DNA of 64,000 bases from Thecamonas trahens ATCC 50062. Its lineage: Eukaryota; Protista; Apusomonadida. The stretch covers positions 310,001 to 374,000 of the forward strand of contig NW_013657652.1 of the NCBI RefSeq assembly GCF_000142905.1, read 5' to 3'. A model generated the notes under the pieces. The model had not been told where the DNA came from, did no database searches, and worked only from the letters and a program-made list of their open reading frames with translations. A program made the translations under genes and the position numbers. Shown in pieces: positions 22,126 to 33,913 of the stretch. Positions within the stretch are counted from its first letter, which is position 1, and each line of letters starts with the position of its first letter.

Positions 22126-24048
22126 TCAGGATGTGAGCCATGCCTCGTACCGCGCCGCGCTGGGTGTGGTCGCGGTCTCGCCGGTGCTGCCGGCGCCGCT
22201 GCCGCTGCAGTTGTCAGTCTTGTCGAACGGGCCGAGGAGTAGTCCGGAATGAGCCGCTCCTTCCTTGCCCTTGCCGCCGGCCCGAATCCATGCGCGGAGT
22301 GCGTCGAGTGCTGTGGCTTTCGCCCGTGTCACCACTGCGCTCGCTGTCGGTGGCTTGGACGATGGCGGAAAGACGTGCGCAGCCGAGGTCGCCTCGCTCA
22401 CCGCCTTGCGCCAAGCCGTGCAGCCGGGCTGCGCGATCTGGAGAAGAGTGAGTCGCGCCTCGTCGGCGCTCGCCGCCATGGCTGCCGCAGCCTCGGCGGT
22501 ACCGGTCAGGACCGCGCTGTCGAGGAGAGCCACGACACGCCAGGTGTGATACGGGCTCGCCTGCAGGATGCCGAGGATGTCTGTGAGGCCATGCAGACCC
22601 GAGCCGGCGACGAGGACCACCAGGCGAGGTCCGGGAACGGTGGCTGCCAGCCGAGGTGGGAGCCACGCGAGCATGTGGGCCAGGGTCCGCGGCCCGAGCG
22701 CGGCGTCGTCACTCCACTCGGACGCGAGCGAGAGCGAGCAGCCGGCAAGGCGGGCATCAACATTGTCCACCCGAGCAAGAGCCTCGCGCAAACCGTCGGC
22801 GACGCCGCCGATGGTCGGCTGCACAGGGATGAGGTTCGACGAGATGGCGAGGAGCGAGGCGCGCGACTTGGCGGTGTAGGTGTTGGTGACAGTGACGAGG
22901 CCAGCGGCAGCAAAATCGAACGGCGGAATCGACGGGTGTGGTGAAAGCATGAGCGAGAGGCCAACGTCGTACGAGGCAAGCAGCTCGAGATAGGCGTCTG
23001 GCGCCGTTCGAGGCAAGATGGTGAGGCACGCGCCGCGCGGCAGGCCACAGTGTGGCCGCGCCGTCTTGGAGCCGATGCCGTGGAACTCCCACTCGTCAAC
23101 GTTGAAGTCGCCCGAGGCGATGACTGCCGAGAGAGCCATCATTCCGAGCTCAAACATGTTGCGCTGGGCATGCGCCTCGGGCCGGGCGTAGAACAAGAGC
23201 TTGCGCTTCGTTCCGGGTGTCCGCTTCAGTTGCATCGCCGTCGGTGTGCCGGCAGGCTTGACCGGAAACTGGTATGCCACGTACTTGCCGGTGGCAGGAG
23301 CGGTGTCAGGCGCAAAGACCCCGAGCGACATGGCGGCAAAGTAGTCGCGGAGAAAGCCGTAGGAGAAGAGGGCGCGGTGATCAAAGGCGTACGAGGCGTC
23401 GGCAAGAGCATGCATGGTGCCGTGCGCAAAGAACGTCGACTCGATGTCCTGGATAAAGTACACAAAGTGTGGTGAGGCAAGGAGCGGTGAGGCGTGCAGG
23501 GCGGCGGCGACGTGGGCGCTGAGAAACTGGGTGGCGACAAAGACATCGGCTGGCGAGGCGAGGAGCGGAGTGGAGCGATCGGCGTGAAAGCCAAACTCGA
23601 TGGTCGATGTCAGCTCCTCCAGGCCTGGGAACGACTGCAGCGCGGCGGCCATGTCCGGCACCGATGGCGCGTCGCCGAGATTGACCCAGCGGACGGCGAG
23701 GCCGAGCCGGGCGGCGCGGAGCGCAAACTGCGAGATACCAATCATGCCGCCGTAGAACGAATTAAAGTCAAAGCCCATGACCAGGATGTTGAGTCGCGGC
23801 GGCTGGGCGCTGTCGACAACCAGCCGCGGCGCCTCGATCGCCGCCGCCACGTGCCGCCACTCGGGCGTGGGCTCGTCCGTCGCGCTCTCTTGCAGCACCG
23901 CGTCACCGACCCCGCCCAGCCACGCCAGCACACCCACCGCCACCAGCCCGAGCACCACCAACAGCACCGTCTCGCGCCGTTGCAGCACAGCCCGCCGGCG
24001 CTCGCTGTATGTCGCGAACACTCTGCCGCTACTCTTGCCAGACTGCAT
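22126..24048 (-). CDS. Type II membrane glycosyltransferase, bacterial WsaF/WbpX-like (GT-B, rhamnosyltransferase-like)
   Basis: N-terminal TM anchor; FYGG, FVATQF.SA, YFIQDIE..FF, LLFYARP...RNMFELG, DVGLSLMLSPHPS.PP...AAGLVTVTN. Confidence 0.8.
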   Translation of the reverse strand: MQSGKSSGRVFATYSERRRAVLQRRETVLLVVLGLVAVGVLAWLGGVGDAVLQESATDEPTPEWRHVAAAIEAPRLVVDSAQPPRLNILVMGFDFNSFYGGMIGISQFALRAARLGLAVRWVNLGDAPSVPDMAAALQSFPGLEELTSTIEFGFHADRSTPLLASPADVFVATQFLSAHVAAALHASPLLASPHFVYFIQDIESTFFAHGTMHALADASYAFDHRALFSYGFLRDYFAAMSLGVFAPDTAPATGKYVAYQFPVKPAGTPTAMQLKRTPGTKRKLLFYARPEAHAQRNMFELGMMALSAVIASGDFNVDEWEFHGIGSKTARPHCGLPRGACLTILPRTAPDAYLELLASYDVGLSLMLSPHPSIPPFDFAAAGLVTVTNTYTAKSRASLLAISSNLIPVQPTIGGVADGLREALARVDNVDARLAGCSLSLASEWSDDAALGPRTLAHMLAWLPPRLAATVPGPRLVVLVAGSGLHGLTDILGILQASPYHTWRVVALLDSAVLTGTAEAAAAMAASADEARLTLLQIAQPGCTAWRKAVSEATSAAHVFPPSSKPPTASAVVTRAKATALDALRAWIRAGGKGKEGAAHSGLLLGPFDKTDNCSGSGAGSTGETATTPSAARYEAWLTS

Positions 24049-24227
24049 GGGCTGCTCTGCGCGGTGGGGGAGGGGAGGTTGCAGTTGAGTGGCCGCCCGT
24101 GGCTACTCGACTGCCCAAGAGCCGAGTGCAGCCTGCGGCAGATGAATTTTGGTCGGGCAAGGCCGAGCAACGCGGGATGCGTTCAATTGGTTTGCCAAGG
24201 CGCGGGTCGGCTCCTCCTCTGCTACGG

Positions 24228-27200
24228 CTACGGCTCGACAAGACGGATACCCGAGTTCTTGCGAATTGTGCCAAAGTTGCGCGAGGGGCCAAAGCCGTTC
24301 TTGCCCTTTGTCCGCTTGTTCTTGGCAGCGTTGGCAATGGCACCCATCGGGTCTGCGCCCTTGGCGATGCGCTTGCCCTTGCCCTTGGCGAGGACGGCGG
24401 CGTTGATGTTGAGGCGGTTGCGGCGACGCTCGTCCTTGGCGCGGCGAGACTCTTCGGCGTTGTACGACTGCTTCGATTCTTCGAGCATGACAGCAAAGGG
24501 CGGAGGAAGTCTGCGACCCGCATCTTGCCCTGCTTCTTGGCCGGGATGCCAAAGTAGGTCATGGCGTCCGAAAAGGCCACGAGGGTAAGCTGGAACGAGC
24601 TTTCAGCCTGGGCCATGGCCTGTTGCGCCTTGACCATCTTGGGCTCGGCGTACATTTGAAGCCGCCGGTTGAGGCCGCCGAGCCGCCGGCAAGGACAGCG
24701 GAGACGCCTGCGACAGCCGACTTGAGACGGTTCGAGAGGAGGCGGAGCTCACCCTGGAGGTACTGCAGGTCGAGGCCGGCGTGCGAGACGTCGATAACGC
24801 CTGCGAGCTCGTTGTAGATCTGGTCAAAGTCAGGCAGCTGGTCCATGCACCAATAGGTAAGGAAGAGGAGGAGCGACATGCCGCCTTCGCCCTTGGTGGC
24901 CGAGAGCTTGGCAAGGATGTCGAGGCCAAAGCCGTCGGCCTGGCCGCGCCGCTTGTTTCCGCCGTTGAGGTAGTTCCCGGCGGCAAGGACGGCAGAGAGG
25001 AAGACCTGCAGCTTGGTTGAGGTGGTGAGCGCGTCCAGCGCCTCCTTGACCAGGCGCATGGGGTGGAGGATGTCACTCATGGCCTCATCAAACTCACGGA
25101 GGAACTCCCAGACTTGGAGTCGCTTGCTAAGGTGCGGGACGGCGTCGGCGAGGGCAAGGAGCGTGGTGTCGGCGGCGTCGAGCGAAGGCCCGCCCTCTGA
25201 CGCCGCGCTCGCTGCCGCCCGCATAGCCATCAGCTCCTCATCGGTTGCCGCGTGCATCCGCAGCTGCTGCACCTGCTCGAGTTTGAGCACCTCGTCCGAC
25301 ATCGAGATGATGGCGGCGGTGAGCGGCTTGACGTCCGGCAGCGAGGCGAGCATGACCGAGACAGCAGTGAACCGCTTGCGCGAGAGCGTCGAGATGGTCT
25401 TGGGCGCAGATTCGGCCGACGCGGCACCCGACGACCCGCCGAGCTTCTTGGTCTTGGCCGTGTCGGCAAAGGTCTTGGCGAGCTTGTTGACGTCGATGTC
25501 GGCCTCCTCCATGGTGTGCCAGATTGACATCGGGCCGTCGGCATCAAGCGGTGCGAGGATGCGGTTCCAAAACAGTGGCTTCATCTTGTCCTTGGGTGTC
25601 ACCGCCGGCTTGCGGAATTGCGGGCCGCGCGGCCGGATGGCCTGTCCGCCTCCAGGCGGGGGGGGTGGAGGGGGCGGTCCGCCTCCGGCGCCCGGCGGTG
25701 GCGGGGGAGGGGGAGGACCGCCTCCGGCGCCCGGCGGAGGCGGGGGAGGGGGGGGGACCGCCACCAGTTGGCGCGGGCGGAGGGGTCGGCGCAGCAGGTG
25801 CAGCAGGTGCAGCAGGTGCAGCAGGTGCAGCAGGTGCAGCAGGTACAGACGCGGTCGACGGGCCGTCCGGGCCGGCTGCTGGAGAAGTGGCTCCATCAGA
25901 GGAGGAGGCTGCGGCTCCGACAGCGGCACCAGCGACGGCTCCGGCGGCAGCAGCGGCGACAGTACTTCCGGAGGCGGAAGGGCCAGAGGCACTGCGCTTG
26001 GTGTCATCGGTCGAGGATGGGGGGGCCACCGCGGCAGCAGCAGCGGCCTCGGCAGCAGCAGCGGTGGCAGCGGCAGCGGCGGCCTCGGCATCCGCGACCT
26101 GCTTGTTGGCGGCGGCGAGGTCGGCCTCCAGCTGCGCGACGCGAGCCTGAGCCTTTTGGATGTCGGCATCCATTTGGGCACGCTGGGCGTCAAAAGCAGC
26201 TTGGGCTTTGGCCTCAGCCTCAGCAACTGCCTCGGCCTTGGCCTCGGACTTGACAATGGTCTGCAGCCGCTGGATGTAGGCCTCGAGCTGCTTGATGCGG
26301 TCGTTCTCGCCGAGCGAGAGTTCCTCAACCTGTAGCTTGAGCTGCTCGTTCTGCATGCCGAGCTCCTTGTTGGAGGCAACCACAAGCTCAAGCTCGGTCT
26401 CGAGGCGGACCTTGGTGGGGAAGACCGGCATGGCGGTGTGGTTCTCGTACGTCTCGAGCTGGGCGCAGAACGCCGGATTGGTGTAGTCCTCCTGCTCGCG
26501 GAGGAGAGCGAGGACGCCGACGTCGAGGGTCATGTCGGAGAACTCCGAGTACTGCTCGGGGTCGTTGCAGTTTGCAAAGAGCACGTTGATGAGGCCGAGA
26601 GCGTTGATTTTGGCGTCAAAGTCAGCGCCGCGGAGGTGGGTCACCAGCTCAGCGTACGGCGCCCTGTTCGCGGCGGCTGCCGCGGCGAGCGCAGCCAAGT
26701 GGATGAGCCGGAAGCCGTCGACGTCGTACTCGACAATGGCAATGAGGACTTCCATGGCGCGAGAGGCAACCTGAACGTTGGCGACGAGGCTGTAGAGCTG
26801 GACCATGAGGTCCTCGGACGAGGTCAGGTAGCGCATGCCCGAAATGTACGAGACGGCCGAGCGCAGGCCCTCGAGGGCGTACTTGACAGCGTTGGCCTCG
26901 TCCGAGTGAGTGGAGATGATGTTGCAGAGCGAGTCGATGACCTTGAGGGCGATAAGCTCCTCTGCAAAGCTCGAGTCGGCGAGCCACGACTTGAGGTAGA
27001 AGAGCATGCGCTTGTGGGTCATGTCGCCCGGCGTGTACTTGTCAAGCACGTTGCGGACAAGGTTGCGGGCGCGTGGCTCGGGTGCCTCCCAGAGCTCGAG
27101 TGTGACAGCCGGGTACGCGTGGCGGAACGTGTTGTACTGCTCGGCAAAGAGGACATGCCGGTCAAGGTAGTAGTCGCCCTCGCGGACCCGAAGCGCAAAC

Positions 27201-27905
27201 GCGTCGGAATCGACGTTCTCGACGCCGAGAAGAGAGCCAATGGTAATGATCTGGTCCACAACCGAGAGATCGGGTGCAATAATGTAGTTGGCAAACTCCT
27301 TGGTTGGCTCGCAGAGCGGGCCGAGGTAACCGATAATGGTCACGTCGCACACACCCGATGGGTTGCCAAGCGCCGACGCACTGACATCGCTGGACGACGC
27401 AGCTGCGTCGTCGCTATCACCGACCAGTTGTGTCACCCGCCCGACTGAGCTGCGAGCCGAGAGAATGGCCTGCGACGAGCGCGAGGTCTTGCCCCGAGCG
27501 CCGCCGGCACGGCGTTTTTGGCGAGACGCCATGAGCGCTTGCATCCACTGCAGCTTGCCCTTTTCAGTCTCTGCGGCCAGCAAATACGTCCGGCCTTCGC
27601 CATCGACAAGCGAGAAGGTCTGCTTGCGTTCGCCAGCCTTGGAGGTCGAGACCAAATCAACGACCTTGACCATGTCGACCATGCCGAGATGCTCGGTACA
27701 GGACTCGTCCTCGTAGTAGTTGAGAATGTTGTCGGCGAGGACAAAGTACCGCTTGCGGTACCCTTGCATCATCTTCTTGCCCTTTTTGAGCAGCCATCCG
27801 CGCTGTGGTACCAGGGGGCAGGGGAGGGGGTGAGTGGTGGACGTGGTGAACGTGGCGGTGGAGCGGGAGGGAGGGGGGGGTGGGGACGCGTACGTATTCC
27901 GCCAT
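24228..27905 (-). CDS. Formin with N-terminal PH domain, FHOD-like GBD/FH3, FH1 and FH2; exon 1 27905..27894, intron 27893..27803; frame breaks at ~25750, ~24656 and ~24497
   Basis: PH (RGWLLKKG...RKRYFVL...LYYE-like...QWMQAL); armadillo-like FH3; GGGPPPPPPPPG FH1 repeats; FH2 (MKPLFW, GNYLNGGNKRRGQADGF...LAKL). Confidence 0.9.
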
Positions 27906-28331
27906 GGTGGAGGGGTGTGTGGCGGGGATGCGGAGGCGGGAGGGTGGAGGAGGAAGAGAGTAGTGGGGTGGTGATGGGCGAATGTGTGTGCGTGGGGAGG
28001 GGGTGGGAGAGTCAGGAGGTGGAACACGCGCGGTGGCCTGTGCTTGCTGGTGGTGGTGTGTGGTGTGCGTGGCAACGGACCGTCGGCATGGTCGGGAAAC
28101 GGAAATTGGCCTTGCCGTGGCGGAGGAATTTCCTCGTCGTGCCGGTGCTGGTAGGTGCTTTGCCTCCACCCACCGCCTTGCCCCCTCCCTACCACCACAA
28201 TCGACGTCATCGCGAGTCATCATTCGTTCCGAGTCGACGGTGATTGTATGGTGAAAGCTATTGACGGCGAACGAGTAACATTCGTTGGAAACGCCACACC
28301 CGTCGCTACGACAACAAAAGTAACAACAAAC

Positions 28332-29120
28332 ATGTCTTCTGGTCCCGTGCTCGAGAACAAGAAGTGGAAGATTGTACGCAAGCGGAGGGGGTGGAGGTGA
28401 TAGGGTAGGGTAGGAGGGGGAGGGGGGGGGGGGGAGGGAGAGAAGGGCGGGGGAAGGGGAGGGGGGGCGGGGGGATATGTGGTGCGGTGCGGGGGGGTGC
28501 CTGTTGTTCACCAGAAACGAAAAAAACATGAAATGCGAGGTGGCAACCGAGCGGTGGCGGAGCGAGACAGGGAAGAGGCAGAGGAGGAGGAGGAGGAGGG
28601 GCGACTGGGACTCACGGGAGCACTGGTGTTGGGGGTAATGGTGGGGGTGGGGGCGATGCGGATGTAGGAGAATGTCGACGGCAACTCGGAGCTCAAGGTG
28701 GAGATCGGTGAGATCGGCCAGTCGGTGTACATGTACAACGTCAAGAACTCTGTTGTGCAGATCTCGGCCAAGTGCACTGCGGTGACGCTCGACAAGTGCG
28801 AGTCTGTTGGCGTGGTGTTCGAGGGTGCGGTGGCGTCGTGCGACACGGTCAACTCGAAGAAGGTCCAGATCCAGCTCCAGTCGGGCCACTGCCCGCAGTT
28901 CAACATCGACAAGTCGTCGTCGGTCAAGGTCTTTGTCAACTCGGACGTCCGCGAGGAGAACGCCCCGACCTTTGTCACTGCCCACTCGCAGGAGGTGCTT
29001 GTCATCGTCCTCCGTGGTGAGGACCAGGACCCGCTCGAGCTGGCCATCCCCGAGCAGTTCCAGTCGGTCTTCTCCGGCGACTCGCTCCACACTGCCCCGA
29101 CCGACCACCTCGGCGTCTAA
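28332..29120 (+). CDS. Stand-alone C-terminal cyclase-associated protein domain (C-CAP/CARP); join(28332..28373,28668..29120)
   Basis: KKWKI|EN, SVYMYNVKNSVVQI.AKC.AVTLDKC, PQFNIDKS, ELAIPEQF; intron GTACGC...GACTCAC...TAG. Confidence 0.9.
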
Positions 29121-29575
29121 TCGAACATGGGCCTCCTCCCTTGCTAAACGTGCTGCGTTTTCCTTCCTTGTCCTGTCCCCTCCCCCCCCCCCCCCCTCAC
29201 ATCGTCCCCCTCTGCCACAGATCTACACCTACTCGAACGGTTTCTGTGACGTGGGTAGTGTTGTGCGCACGTCAATCCGAGATCAAGCAGATCTCCTCAC
29301 AGGACACGGGCTCGCCCCGCTATCCCAAAGCAAGGGCAATAATGCCCTTCACTCTGACATGCCTCCCCCTCCTTCCCCGTCACTAGCGCCCCGACACCAG
29401 AAAACGCCCCCACCCCTTTGCATTCGATCCCACTGGTTATCTTCCCCTCCTCCCCCTCCCCATCAACCATGCATCAACGGCCTCTATCGCCCCCCAGCGG
29501 CAAACGCCACTCACTCGGAAGCCATCACCACCCACCCACCCCCCTCTGACCACCCCACCCTACTCTGCCACCACT

Positions 29576-29675
29576 NNNNNNNNNNNNNNNNNNNNNNNNN
29601 NNNNNNNNNNNNNNNNNNNNNNNNNNNNNNNNNNNNNNNNNNNNNNNNNNNNNNNNNNNNNNNNNNNNNNNNNNN
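29576..29675. other. Assembly gap (100 N)
   Basis: Run of n. Confidence 0.99.
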
Positions 29676-29775
29676 CTTTATTTTTTGGGACATTGGGACA
29701 TTCTCCCCCTCCCCCTCACCCCACACTCCCCCTCCCCCTCACTCCTTCTCCCCTCTTCTCCATCTCCTCCCGCAG

Positions 29776-32414
29776 ATGATGTGCGATCGTCTCCGGCTAT
29801 GGAGTACCCCTCGTCGATGGGGTCGTCGTCAGCTGCGCCTGTGGCGCCGTCGTCGGGCACCGGCCTCGTGCGGGCGCTCTCGTCGGGCGGCTCGTCGGCG
29901 GTGGACGTCGATACCCGGACGACGTTCCGGTCGCGGTCGCGGTCGCTCTCGTACGGCTCGCCGTACCGCAATGACCTCGGGCTCTCGTCGCGGATTCTCT
30001 CATCGGTTGCCGAGTACCCGCTGTCGTCGTCGGGCTCGCGGGCGCCGAGCTCGGGTGGCGGGCGCGGGCTGAGCTCGGGTGGAGCGTTGGGCTCGGGCGG
30101 AAGCGGGGCTGGTGGCCCCGGCGGGCCGCCGAGCTCGGGCGGAGCGGGTGGGCCTGGAGGCTCCGGACGTGGCGGCTCGTCGCGCGGCTCGACCGGCTCG
30201 AGCACGTCGAGCTCTGCGGGCACGGCGCCACAGACGGTTATCTGGGGCACGACGGTCAACGTCGATGACACCATGCAGCGGTTCCGGCGCTTCCTCCGCG
30301 ACTTTGAGATCGACGGCGCCAACGAGCCGCTGTACCCGGGCCTGCTGCAGAGCATTGCGCGGACCGAGGTGTACAACCTCAACCTCGACACGGCGCATCT
30401 GCGCAACTACGACATGGAGCTGTACCGCCAGATGGTGGCGTTCCCGCAGGAGATCATCCCCATCTTTGACCTTGTTGTCCACGAGCTGTTCATGGAGATG
30501 TATCCTGACCACGACCAGTCGCGGCGGATTCAAGTCCGCACCTTTAACCTCGAGAGGGTGTTCAAGATGCGCGACCTCAACCCAGACGACATCGACAAGA
30601 TGGTCTCGATCCGCGGCATGATCATCCGGTCGACGCCGGTCATTCCCGATCTTAAGAAGGCCTTTTTCCGCTGCTCCATCTGCGACAACCCGGCCGAGGT
30701 CTTTATCGACCGCGGACGCATCGACGAGCCGCGGAGCTGCAGCAACTGCGGCACCAACTACTCGATGCAGCTCATCCACAACCAGTGCTACTTTGCCGAC
30801 AAGCAGGTGGTCAAGGTCCAGGAAACACCAGAGTCCATTCCCGAGGGCGAGACGCCGCACACGGTCAACCTGTGCGCGTTTGACGATCTCGTCGACGTGG
30901 CCAAGCCCGGTGACCGCGTCGTCATCACCGGCATCTTCCGCGCGCAGACCGTTCGCGAGAACCCGCGCCAGCGGACCGTCAAGTCCATCTACCGCACCTA
31001 CATCGACGTCATCCACTACCGAAAGCAGGAGTCGGGCCGCCTCGTGTCAGAGAACCCGACCGCCGAGGCCTCCTCCGAGTTCTACACGCCATTTGCCGAA
31101 GACACACAGGCGTCGGCGTTTTCGGACGCCGACGTGGCCTCCTTCCGCGAGCTCGCGGCATCGGGCAACGCGTACGACGTGCTCACAGCTTCGCTCGCGC
31201 CCGGGATCTGGGAGATGGAGGACGTCAAGCGCGGCCTACTGTGCCAGCTGTTTGGCGGAACGAACAAGGAGATGCCTGCGGCGCGGTCGGGCCGGTTCCG
31301 CGGCGAGATCAACGTGCTTCTCTGCGGCGACCCCGGTACGTCCAAGTCGCAGCTGCTGCAGTACGTGCACCGGCTTGCGCCGCGTGGCATCTACACCTCG
31401 GGCAAGGGCTCGTCGGCGGTCGGCCTCACAGCGTACATTTCCAAGGACCCAGACACCCGCGAGCTTGTGCTCGAGTCGGGCGCGCTCGTCCTCTCGGACC
31501 GCGGCATCTGCTGCATCGACGAGTTTGACAAGATGTCCGACTCGACTCGCTCGATGCTTCACGAGGCCATGGAGCAGCAGACGGTCTCCATTGCCAAGGC
31601 CGGCATCATTTGCACGCTCAACGCGAGAACCTCGGTCCTGGCCTCGGCCAACCCGGTCGAGTCGCGGTACAATCCCAACCTCTCGGTCGTCCAGAACATC
31701 GAGCTCCCGCCGACGCTCCTCTCGCGGTTTGACCTCATTTACCTCGTCCTTGATCGTGTTGACGCCCGCCTCGACCGCAAGCTTGCCAAGCACATTGTCT
31801 CGCTCTACATGGAGGCTCCGCCGGAGCCCGAGGTCAACGTCGTCGAGAAGGACTTTTTCACAAAGTACGTCTCGTACGCCAAGCAGAACATCGAGCCGGT
31901 CATCTCTGAGGCGGCCATGAACGCCCTCGTTGACGGCTACGTTACTATGCGCAACCCGCCGGGCTCGGCTTCGTACGGCTCGCAGGCGTCCAAGAAGGTG
32001 ATCACCGCCACCCCGCGCCAGCTTGAGTCGCTCATCCGCCTCTCCGAGGCTCTGGCCAAGGTCGAGCTCGCCGAAGTGGTCACCGTCGACCACGTCAACG
32101 AGGCCATCCGCCTCATGCGCGTCGCCCTCCAAAAGGCCGCCACCAACCCCAAGACCGGCACCATCGACATGGACCTCATCACCACCGGCCTCTCCACAGA
32201 CACCCGCGAGCTGCTCGCCCGCCTCCAGCGCAAGGTCAACGACATTCTCGCCGCCTCGCGCACCCCGTCCATCTCGTTTGAGGACATTCTGGCCAAGGTC
32301 GACGACCCGGCCGTCTCGCGGACCGACCTCCACGACGTCATCACCCAGATGGCCGACCAGGAGCTGGTTGTTCTCTCCGGGACGCAGGCGAACCCCACCG
32401 TTCGTCGCCTCTGA
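29776..32414 (+). CDS. MCM4: DNA replication licensing factor MCM4; first exon probably in or near the gap (acceptor CGCAG ending 29775; in-frame ATG at 29799)
   Basis: VIWGTTVN, zinc finger, GDPGTSKSQLL, CCIDEFDKM, LPPTLLSRFDL, ATPRQLESLIRLSEA, TGTIDMDLITTG. Confidence 0.97.
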
Positions 32415-32467
32415 CGCCATCTGCTGGCCCTCAAAATAGTTAAATGCTTTGCTACGTCGTTGGTGCC

Positions 32468-33699
32468 TCACATCTTCCCCGCGGCCACCGGCACATCAAA
32501 GTCAACCACGTCGGCTAGCTGCGACGGGAGGCCGTGCGATGCGCACTTGAAAACAGCTTGACGTCCTCACACACCACGCCCACAACGCGAGTTGAGCCGG
32601 ACGACACGCCGTCAAGCTGGACCAGCGCCGGCGCCATCCACGCCTTGACCCCGACGTCGTGGACGGTGAGCGGTGCCGTCAGGTGCGCCTGGACTGCAAA
32701 CGACGCCGTGCCCGAGGTCGGTGCGTAGACCTGCTTCTCCACGGCAAAGGCGATCGACTCAAAGTACCGTCCCAGCCGCGAGGTCTCGTTGGCGTGCTGC
32801 GGGACAAGCGAAAAGCCCCACCCAGTGATGCCGACTTCGCCGGCAGGCACCCCCGGCTTGCCTGTGATGGCCGCCGAGTGAGCCGAGCTCGGCGCCCAGA
32901 GCGACGACACGAGCTCGACGCGAGCGCCGGGCGTGACTCGTCCGCCGGCGGGCGCAGCTAGGACAATAGTGGCATCAAAGACCGCGTCAAAGGTCATCCG
33001 CCAGTTGAACGGCTTGCCGCCGCCCTTGTCGGGCGTCCACGCCCGGCCCAGCTCAAACGCGAGGTCAAAGTGGAGCACGCCGCTCGCGCGGTCGAGCACC
33101 ACCGAGCCGTTGTCAATCTCGACTGCGATGTGGGTGGCCCAGATCCCGTTCGAGTTGCACACCTCGCCCGGCGGCTGCAGCGCCGGGTTGCACGACATGT
33201 TGAGCGCAAAGCCGCCGAGGAGGACCGCCGGCTCGGCGGCGCCGGCAGCGGGGCCCATGCTTGCCAGTGCCCTGGCCACATCGAGTTGACCGTGGAGGAC
33301 AAACGCTGACATGGCCACCGGATCGTCGTCGGGCCCAGTCGCCGAGTCGGTCCAGTTGATTGCGAGGGCGGTGGTGAGCAGGGCTGCCGGCGCCGCCGGG
33401 CTGGGTGCGATGACCGCTAGCGTCGTTGTCGGGTGCGCGTAGTCGCCGTCGACGCCCGGGGTGAACGCCATGGCCACTCTGCCCGCGGATCGGTTGGCGC
33501 GCGGTACCATGGCAGTGCCCAGTGGGCGCGAGGCGAGGGTACCGAGCCGGTGCGGGGTGGCTGCCATGCCGCCGATGCGGAAGAGCCACTTGTAGTCGAA
33601 GCCTTGCCAGACGATGGCGGGCGGGGAGGCTGAGGTGGCGGGGGTAGAGAGGACGAGAACAAGGACGAGGACGAGAACGAGGGCAAGTGACAGATGCAT
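32468..33699 (-). CDS. Secreted hypothetical protein, likely beta-rich; probable -1 break at ~32550-32553 (uncorrected stop 32515)
   Basis: Signal peptide MHLSLALVLVLVLVLVLSTPATSA; the shifted frame continues LFFKCASHGLPSQ...GKM*. Confidence 0.7.
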
Positions 33700-33913
33700 A
33701 TATATATGTGGGTGGTGGTGGTGGTGGTGGTGGTGGTGTGTGGGGGGGGGGGGGGTAGCGAAGAGTGTGTGGTGCGCCGCGTGACAGGTGGCGGCATGCA
33801 TGGCAGGGCAGGGCAGGCCATCCGGGCATTGGCCACCATTCAAGGTTCAATTCGATGGTAGGAGGAGGGAGGAGGAGAAGGGGTGGGGAGGGCGCATTGC
33901 AAAGGGTACAACC

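Noticed and set aside
22108-22252. 127-bp overlap between the hypothetical gene and the glycosyltransferase
   Set aside because: Probably caused by a missing base at ~22038; the corrected stop at 22107 removes it.
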